Source: Octopus sinensis
Lineage: Eukaryota
Assembly (NCBI RefSeq): GCF_006345805.1
Contig: NC_042999.1
Span: 31,186,001-31,250,000, forward strand
Direction of reading: 5' to 3'
DNA: 64,000 bases
Shown here: piece after piece, positions 54,241 through 64,000 of the stretch
Numbering within the stretch: position 1 is the first letter of the stretch
Layout: every line of letters starts with the position of its first letter
The notes under the pieces: generated by a model
Told to the model about the DNA's origin: nothing
Seen by the model: only the letters and a program-made list of their open reading frames with translations
Database searches by the model: none
Program-made: the position numbers and the translations under genes

Positions 54241-55749
54241 AACGGCTACACGCACATCTCTATATAACTATCTATGCAATATTGAATTGTCTAATGCAGC
54301 AGCACAAAGCATTAGCCGCCAGTGCATGCATAATTGGATACACCACCGATTGGACTGATCTCTTTTTCGGCCCACGGGAACATAGTATTGGCATTTGTTT
54401 ACATTTGCCATGTATATCCAATTATACACATAGTTTGGGCTAAATCTTGTAATTCTAAAATGTATCTAAATGTAATCTATTGTACGACTACACTATCGTC
54501 AAAACCTCTCTGTTTCGCATATCAGTAACTAGTGTACGTACACACAGATATGCTTATAAGTACGTGCTCACACACGCGCACGTCCACACATACACATACC
54601 CTCGCACACATGCATATTATATCATGCTATACTATGTTTGTTATGTTCATCTGTGGAACGAAATTGAAGGCATAATGTATCATTCATATATCTATGTTAT
54701 TTACATTACTAGTAACACAACTAAGAAAATATACAGTTTACAATATATATGTCATGTTTTAGTCATATATTCCTTCAGAAGGCATAATCTTTCACATTAA
54801 CTACCGTACTTAGCTGACATGTGCTGTGGGTTCCCGTTCATTCAGAAATAGTATTCTCCATGGAAGTAAGTTTGCAATGAATCGTGTTACGATTCTGGGA
54901 TGGGTGGCGTCAACAAAATAGTTATACAACAACAAAATACTATAGTTAACTTACTATTTAAATTTTCACCTGGACGCATGAGTACTTTAAGCGTTACTTA
55001 TATGTTATAGTTTCAACACATTACAAATAACTAAAATAATAGGCATAACAGAAAGACGAAGTGAATGAACCAGTTTCTTCTCATTGATAATTAGTAAGCA
55101 ATTCCAGAATACATTCACTTAATTAAACGAAGAATAGATAACAAATTATATCATTTATGGCAACAAAATAAAATGTTCAAAGATCTCTCTCTCTGGACTA
55201 CGTTATTCAGTAGTACATATATGGATTGCACAGAAGCTTAAGTATAAAATTATTCAGAAACAAAATATTTTCAAAAGACCGTACGTTCTTTATAATTCTT
55301 CATAACTTTCCACCAACATTTAGACATTAAAAATAACTATGGAAAGTCCACGGCGACTGATAATATATATTACATTCTCAGACACAAACCAAAGCTAGCA
55401 GTATATATAGAATAAACGTGATATTAAGTAGGTCTCATGGTCATGAGGTAAGTATAAATATTAAAACTGAAGCCTCGGTCCTATTGTAAATGACGTTTAA
55501 AATTTAAAAACTTGTAAGCTTTGTAAAATACATCTGAGAGTACGACGATTGAATCTATTCATAAATACATAGGTGTAAATATATATTTCAGTTTAAACGT
55601 TATATGTATGCGCTATGGATGGAATAATATTGGAAACACATAAAGCGTTGTCGACGCGCGTTGAGTCTGCGAAGAATCGTTGTTTGTTGACGGTTTCTCA
55701 AAGATGAAGAGAGCTTCTTTCCACAATCAACAGCAGAGACCAATTATAT

Positions 55750-55903
55750 TATAAAGCAGTTATAAATTAGATTGGTGCCGTGGTGCCTAAATTAATCTAT
55801 TTACCTGCATCTTGATGATTCACCAGTAGTCAAACAATGTCTATTTTATGCAGAACACAACGTAAATCAGAAGTACGATAGCCAGATTTATAACTGCTTT
55901 ATA
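55750..55903. repeat. 18-bp perfect inverted repeat, 118-nt spacer (mini-MITE-like)
   Basis: tataaagcagttataaat and atttataactgctttata. Confidence 0.7.
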
Positions 55904-57119
55904 TAGAAGCTGATTTGTGCTTATATTTGGGAGGGTAAGCCGGGTATGTCTTCCTTGTAAAGGGACCAGCGAACCGTGAAAAAGGCCTTCTATAAGATTT
56001 TATCTTCTATTATATACGGACACGAGTCGAACATACGTCTTGTGTTTATATTTTTATGTTACCCAGCGTTGGGCATTGTAATGATTAGATTTATTTCCTG
56101 TTTATTATATCGGATCGCCCTTTTCGCGTTTGCGAAAAGAACAACAATGCACTTTTCGACTTTACACATTGTACCCAAATGAGATAAAGTTTCATGTTGA
56201 ATGCCACAAATAACAACTTCCACATGAACAGGCTTAGAAAGATAGATGCCCTTTTTGTAACGCACTCACATCTTCACACTCCCATAATAATTATCTACTA
56301 CTATTACCAACACCGCCGCCAACAGCAACACCGCCACCACTAGAACTACTACTAACAGCATATACATACATGCATACATACATGCATACATACATACAAA
56401 CATACATACATACATGGATACATATATACATATATACATGCAGTGTTATGGCTTTTCTACATTACTCGTACACTGTATCGATACATACATTGAATAACAA
56501 AATATTCACTCTTACACAACATGATTGCAAGCAACTTCTTACGCACACGCGTTCATATACATTCAGACACGCACACGCGCTCTCTCTCTCTTTCTGTCTC
56601 TCTCATACATAACCTGGTCTTGAACCTATTTACGCTTATTTCAAACAATTCGCTTCACCTTTCATATACTGCCTATATATAACCATGCCTCACATTCTAT
56701 CCGTTCATTCAAAACGCTAACTTCGGTTTGTTTCCGTTATGCCTCATCTAGGAATGAGTACCTTTAGAAACGACGAATTCTCCTCCGTTCACTTCCCTTT
56801 ACGTAATTACATTCCATGTAAACGCATGGCCTAGAGGTTACATCACGAGATGTTGGCTTCAGTTATTAGACCTGTTGGTGGTTTGTATTTTTGGACAAAA
56901 CACTGCATCTCACGCTGCTCTGCAGTCCCTTCAAATCCTTATGTGTTGTACGCTGTACAGCTGTTCAGACATTGTCAATTTAATAGAGGTAATCAGCTAA
57001 TGAGGAGCACAGATTTTAGATCACTATAATCAAATCATCTGTGCAAGTCGTTCAGGAAAAACTGAACACTCATTCACCATCTTCGATGGCAGATACCATA
57101 CTATACATGTCTACTCATG

Positions 57120-57416
57120 TAGATATACACACAGACATATATATATGCATCTCTCTCTCTCTCTGTATATATATATATATGCATACATGTATATACATAT
57201 ATATACATATATATATATATATATGCATACATGTATATACATATATATACATATATATATATGCATACATATATATATATACATATACATACATATATAT
57301 ATATGCATACATATATATATATACATACATATATATACATATATATACATAATATATATATACATATAATATACATATATATACATATATATATACATAT
57401 ATATACATATATATAC

Positions 57417-57447
<31 letters not shown>

Positions 57448-57706
57448 GATATATATATATATATATATATATACATATGTATATATATACATACATATAT
57501 ATATACATATATATATGTACATATATATATATATTCATATATATATACATATGTATATAGATATATATCTTCAAAAACATATATATGAATATACACATAC
57601 GTACATATATACGTAAATATACATATGTGTATATACATTTGCATGGGTATATGTATATTGTATTGATCTTTAAAAGCATATATATTTGTATACACATATC
57701 TTCAAA

Positions 57707-57761
<55 letters not shown>

Positions 57762-57780
57762 TAATATATATACATACATA
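57120..57780. repeat. Complex (TA)n/(TACA)n field
   Basis: Read directly. Confidence 0.95.
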
Positions 57781-59371
57781 TCCAGATTTCATTTAATATC
57801 GAAAGGAAAACAAAAAACATAAAAGAGACGAAAGTGCTTTTCGAAATTGTTTACAAATCTGTTTGAAAAGTTAAGTTGTAAAATTTTCTTTATGAGGTGA
57901 GAAAAATAAACAATTCCGCTGTCATTCTAAAAATTTGCGAGAAAATATATTAAATTTTGTGGATTTCTATAAGTGTTTTTACCGCCTCTGAATAAACGGC
58001 AACTGAATATTGTCTAGCTCACGTAGGCAGCATGAAAATAATTTGTCTGACTTCAAAAGCGGTAAAATTACAGAATATGTGTAATGTAATTATTAGATAG
58101 AAATTTGAAGAATCTATATCAAATACCTTTCATATCAAACGCCGAACACCAGGTAAATATAATGATTAGATTTCTTTTATTACAATTGTATTTTTCGGAA
58201 AATTTAATTAGTCTATACTATTATATTAAAACTTAAATATTTTACTTACTGTTCACCTACTAAAAGGACGACAATTTGAATAAGCATCAGAGTTGCTTTC
58301 TCTCTTCCTCTCCCTCTCACATATACTTATGTGTATTATATGCAAATATAATTGTACATATAAATACTTACACATGTATGTACGTACATGTATATGATAT
58401 TTGTGTAATAAGAAATTGAGAACCTCGATAGAACGTAAATTAATACGTCATTTACACTTCGAACGCCAAGTAGAAAAGCTATAGTCAATATTATGTCAAT
58501 ATAGGGTTAAAAGTCATTCTGCATAGAAGCCTTCGACTTTTTCTTTCTCTCCAAAGGTTTTTTTACACCCAATATCAACACAGTGTTATTTAAAGCTTTT
58601 CTGCTTCGAGTTAATCCATTATATGCAATCATATACACAGACACACAACCACATATATATCTATACACATATGGATGAATGCATACACATCAATATATGT
58701 CACTCTCTCTCTCTCTCTCTCTCTCCACAAACACACAAATCTATACACATTATATGTATGAAATTGTGTTTCACAGAAACGTCCGTACTTCAAGTATCCC
58801 TTGATAAATTTTGCTTTAACGTGGCAGGCAATGAATAGCTTGAGAATGACGTTGATAGAGCTGCAAGTTTCAATTCGAATCTCACTATAGAATTTGTAGT
58901 GAAATGAAAATTGTCAACCAATAAGCATCATTGCTTAGGCGCGTATGTGTTAATAATTTTCTTATAGATGAATTAAAGCTACACAGTAGGTCATTTATTA
59001 AAAGCATAACTGTGTGCGGTATGGAGGTGATTGAACTGAATTTATGGAATTTTTTATTTCTCCTTTGAAATACTTAATGTAGGTTAGCAGTGTCACTATA
59101 TACAAGCAGACATATAGAGCAAAACATCGATATATGACTGTTTAACAGTACATCAATGATTGGTTTTGTTATATACTCCGTTAGAAATATTTTAGAGTTC
59201 ATTTGTTTATTAATATGTTCAGAAACTGTTGACATAGTCTTTTGTAGTTTATAGATGGCAAAATCCCGCCTATCATCGTTGCTAATAAAACATTCCTAAG
59301 AACTGAGATCAAGTCTATATTAGCAATACAATCATATTTAATAAAATCCTAATGTTAATTGATATTCCGTT

Positions 59372-59699
59372 ATTGTTTAATTGTTTCAGTCATTTGACTG
59401 CGGCCATGCTGGGACACCACATTTAGTCGAAGAAACTGACCCCAGGACTTATTATTTGTATGCTTAGCACTTATTCTAGTTGTCTCTTTTAACGGACCTC
59501 TAAGTTGCTGGCACGTAAATACACCAAGCGATGGTGGGGGAACAAACACAGACACACAAATATATATATATATATCCACTCTAAAATCTTTGGTCAGACC
59601 GAGAATATAGTAGAAGATAACTGCCCAAGATGCAACGCAGTGGGGCTGAACAGGAACCATGTTGTAGGGAAGCAAGATTCTTGCCACACAGTCACTTCT
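59372..59699 (-). mobile_element. SINE family B, diverged
   Basis: gtttcagtcatttgactgcggccatgctgg...ccacacagtcac. Confidence 0.88.
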
Positions 59700-61191
59700 T
59701 ATATTCCTCAAAAAATGAACTGGAGTCCCGTTCAAATGAAAAGACAGTTTGCTAGATAGTTGTTATCTAAATATACTCTTAAATCTATCTATCATCATGG
59801 TAGGAGTTCAGTTACATACATAAAGGTGCACGCATTGGATACATATATATTCACCCCACCATGTATACATATATATATATATATATATGGATTGTTAATG
59901 AAGATGTTTGTGGGTGTTTATAAGGGCTGCTAAATGTAATCGCAACTACTTTGGTAAAAGAGGGAGCACGCTGGAAATTTTATTTTCTAAACACAAGATG
60001 GAATGGTTTCGTCCAGAATGCTCTTGATCACATATCTTGGCTCATTTTTTCTGTCCGACATTTTAACAGTAGCAATCAGTACACACAGACATACAGACAC
60101 ACACACGCATATAAACATATACAAATACACAAATGTTGGTGTGTTGGTATGGACGCCTCTGTCTGTATGAGTGACCTCACGTATTGTACACTTTCGTCTA
60201 TGTGTACATGTATGTAATTTATTTCTGAATGGAAGCCATAATTTATTCTCACATTAGAACGCAATAGATCAGAAAAATGTTCTCTCCGGTCCTTCCAATA
60301 AACTGATATCGTGATCAGTCCGTTCGAAGAAATGTTCTTGCAAAGAATTATTGAATCACTATTATATTCTCTAAGACATAAGCAAATATGTTTTTCCAAT
60401 GACATTTCCTGAGATGTTAGACTAAATCACCCTATAGTTATCGGTCTGCTTATTTCCAAATTCCTATGAGAGATATCTTTTAGGGGAATCCATATATTTA
60501 TTTATAATCCATTTCTTTAGATTTGGTTCATAGGTGTTCCTTTAATGTGAGAACGTCTTGCCGTTTCTTTCTATTTTGTCACTTCTGTTGCCAACTACAG
60601 ACCAGAATCAAAACTGACTCAATAAATGAAATAATTGAAATATTAACGGCTGAATGTCTCCTAGTATCAAAAATCTTACACAGAATGGCCACCATTAGAT
60701 ATATTGGACGAATTCTGCTTTTCGTCTTTACTACTACTCCTTAAGATCGATGATATCCGTAGACACATATGTTGGCGCACAAATACACTTAGCAGTCTAC
60801 ACATTCATTCATCACATTGACAATGTAAGTCGCAACAACATATAATGTATGGACAGTTTCTGCTTTGAAGATGAACATTATTATGAAATAAACGATAACT
60901 ATGTACCAGTCAATATTAACTCAGGTGAATTTATTGTTAAAGGTAGTTTTCTTATAACATCTATTTATCCTTATGTGTGAATATTTAAATGTGTGCATTG
61001 TTTTTGCGTATAAATATACACGCAAATATATACATCTGAATGTATTATTTCCGCATGGGATTTTACTTTGGTGTTATTTTATTAAGCCAGCCCACGGGTA
61101 TCGGGATATAATGCACTACTGCCCAAAAGAAATGGATCGCTTTACAAAGTTCAGCAAGTTGTTCCATCTCTGCTCTGTAATAGTATTGCAT

Positions 61192-61232
<41 letters not shown>

Positions 61233-61641
61233 CGGAGATGTACTCGCATAGCAAGTGATTTGATCTGAGATCGTGTGCTGAAACGAAAACAATTGCAGCG
61301 TGGAAGGTGTTTGTAAGCCATTTAAGAAACACACAAAAGCCGTTCGATTGACTTCAAAATTTAAGTTTAATTTGTCAAAATATTTTCGTCGTTAAAATCC
61401 GCGACCTGTTCATTGACAAAAGTCTGTGCTGCATCATATATAAAATACAAAAATCCGTGCTGTATCATATATAAAATACAAAATAAGAAAATTGAGGAAT
61501 ACACTTTAATCAATTATCAACTACCAGATAATAGCCATTCACATAATTTATTAACCAACTACATTACTGGGTGCTTTACTAGCAGTATATTGGATATATG
61601 TTATCCCATAGAGGGTTACACTCACAACCCCTATATCACTT

Positions 61642-61692
<51 letters not shown>

Positions 61693-61733
61693 ATATATGT
61701 ACATATAAATGCGCAAGTAATGTTTAAATTTAA

Positions 61734-61948
61734 GACGGTGAGATGGCAGAATCGTTGTGAGGCCGGGCAACATGTTTTACGAGGTTTCGTTCACCTCTCA
61801 GATCTGAATTCAAATTTCGACAAGGTCGAATTTGCTTTTCATCCTTTCAAGATCGATTAGATAAGCAGCTATTGAGCTATGGTGCCAATGTTAAAGAGTT
61901 AGCCACTTCCCCCCAAATTGCTGGCCTCGTACCAAAATTCTAAACCGA
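61734..61948 (+). mobile_element. Family A-related SINE with a different 3' part
   Basis: gacggtgagatggcagaatcgtt...gaattcaaatttcg...gcttttcatcctttcaagatcgat. Confidence 0.7.
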
Positions 61949-62240
61949 TATATGTGCGTGTGTATGTGTAGCTGTATATATGTCAACAAATATCACTTGA
62001 CATGTTAAAGATAACTGTTAAATCCTCATCAACCTGATTCGTGTCTTTCTTTGAAAATGAGAAGGGCACATTACATAACCAAGTATTTATATGTAGCTAA
62101 CATGGCTGGTTGATTACAGATAGGAATATTTTGATTATCTTTGTTTATTAAGGTATGACCTAAAATGAAAGAACAATCACCGACTAAGTTTCTCATGATT
62201 TTCATTTTCTGCCTTATTCTTCATTCGCGATGATCTACTA

Positions 62241-62425
62241 GAATTGTTAGAGCGTCGGATAAAATGTCAGGTGATATTTCTTCCCACGTTTTGCCATCTA
62301 GATTGAGATTCCGCTTTTCGTCCTTTCAGACTCGACATAATAATGCACTAGTGAATGATTAAATCCAATGTAATCGACTAACAATCTCCAAGTAGACGTG
62401 CTGACTTTGCATCAAAGTATGGCAC
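62241..62425 (+). mobile_element. Decayed family A-related SINE
   Basis: gcttttcgtcctttcagactcgac...tgtaatcgactaac. Confidence 0.4.
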
Positions 62426-62879
62426 TATCATTCCTCATCGGATTTCAGTCTTACGAAAAAGGACACATGAAATTATTCTTTCTACTATAGGAACAGTGTC
62501 AGCTTTTATTCGATCGATCCCTAGAGAACCAAATGTAAGGTTGACATCAATTCATTTGGTCGCCTTGAATCATTTAGTCCTTTCCATAATATACTTGTAT
62601 AGAATGTTCTCGACCAAAATACATTTAACCATACAACAATTTGGTTCCTGCTGAAGGCGTAGGCAATAAAAATGACGATGAGGTCAAACAGGACAAAATG
62701 AATTAATGAAGATTTTTCAAGGTAGTTACACGGTCTGCTAAATGTAATCAAAGCTACTTTGTAAAAAGAGTGAGTGCATAGAATAAGCTTATTTTTTTCT
62801 GAATTCACAATGGGATTGTCACATACGGAAAGCTTTTAAACATATGTGAATTGACTCAGGTTTTCTGCCCGACATTTTA

Positions 62880-63735
62880 AGTAAACAATACAGTAGTAAG
62901 AGCTAGAGCGACAGTAGCAATAAGTACGACATTAGCTACACTATCCACACAACAACGATAATAAATGATAGTAACTGCGATAAGACGACAAAGAACAAAG
63001 TAGTAATAGTAAGAACAACATTCAAACAAGATCAGCAACACGGTATCATCACGATGCCACAGAAGCAACGATGCAAACAAAACAACAAAGTGACAACACG
63101 AATACAATAGAAAAAACAGCAACAATAACAGTAACAAAAAGCTTAATAGCAACTTCGACAATCGCAAAAACAGCAATAAGAGAGACCGTATCTAGAGCAA
63201 TAACAAAATTCACCAACAACACGGGAATACCACCACCACCACAAAAACAACAACAACAAGAAGCACCATTACATGAGTAATGACAAACGTAACAGCAATA
63301 ATAACAACAATAACTGCTGAAACGACAATAAAAATCTCTATTGGCTTAAATGGATAAATCTTGTACTTCTTATTAGTGGAATAAGTAACTCTATCAGCAG
63401 CGACAATAATGTTAACATCTCCATTACTGTTCATATAATGTCGTCCATCTTTAGCGAAGCAAGTTTTACAATTAACGCTACCTCCACAACCAGCTTCGCT
63501 ACTACTTTTCTATCAGCCCCATTAGAACTGCTATTAAAATTAATACCAGGAATACCATCGCTTACACTACAGTCACCAAAACAAAAAAAAAAACAAAAAA
63601 AAAAACAGTGAAACAATCATGAGCAAAAATCACCGCGGCTATCAACTTAAGTATTGCTCGAAGCTACGATTAAGACACCACTGCCGCCCCACCACCTCAC
63701 CGTTACCGACGTCACCACCACCACAACCACCACCA
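62880..63735. repeat. Decayed (AAC)/(ACC)/(AGT) trinucleotide low-complexity region
   Basis: Read directly. Confidence 0.8.
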
Positions 63736-64000
63736 GCCCTTCAAGAATTTGGACCCGGAGACCTCTTTTTACAGCGACTTCGAGGGCCACCTCCCAGTGG
63801 TGTCGGGCGTCAACGAAGGGCCCTCGACTAAAACTAGACGACCAAAGTTTTTTTTCCAAGGTCTGGGGTCGCCCGCTCCTAAGCCCTAGACCATCACCTA
63901 ATCACCCTTACCCGTCTTGTTGCTTAACAACAACAAGAACCACCATCACTTAAGCCAGTAATATAACTTTTATTACCGCTACAACTATTATCGTCACCAC

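Larger units (their letters stand above)
59895..62880 (+). repeat. Diverged direct repeat pair (59895-60066 and 62703-62880)
   Basis: Shared ttaatgaagat...ctgctaaatgtaatc...ccgacattttaa. Confidence 0.7.

Noticed and set aside
8096-57820. Dozens of Y/I/H/T/C/V-rich ORFs in the supplied track (e.g. 18636-19274, 57101-57820)
   Set aside because: They are translations of (TA)n/(CA)n microsatellites, which lack stops in some frames.
1-64000. CRISPR arrays, rRNA genes, prokaryotic operons
   Set aside because: None seen; the DNA is eukaryotic with spliceosomal introns and SINEs.

Overview
Very AT-rich, microsatellite-dense eukaryotic DNA. The tRNA-SINE families and long (TA)n/(TG)n arrays resemble a coleoid cephalopod (octopus); this is inference, not verified. 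Nearly all ORFs in the supplied track are artefacts of (TA)n/(CA)n repeats. One real host coding exon is clear: a 108-nt minus-strand exon at 37710-37817 encoding a matrix metalloproteinase pro-domain (PRCGVAD cysteine switch plus RKKR furin site). It is too short for the ORF track. A candidate plus-strand 5' gene end lies at about 8.7-9.1 kb. The rest is TE debris: three tRNA-SINE families (about 20 copies, several with target-site duplications), CR1/L2-like LINE fragments, a Penelope-like RT fragment, a mariner fragment and MITE-like inverted repeats. The most striking signal is a set of hammerhead ribozyme (HHR) motifs. A near-complete type I HHR sits in a 578-bp insert made of about 1.23 copies of a 470-bp unit (22995-23572), the geometry expected from reverse transcription of a circular, retrozyme-like RNA. 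Four further minimal Penelope-type HHR-like motifs and a partial HDV-like fold near 63.8 kb are also present. All alignments and folds were done by eye.
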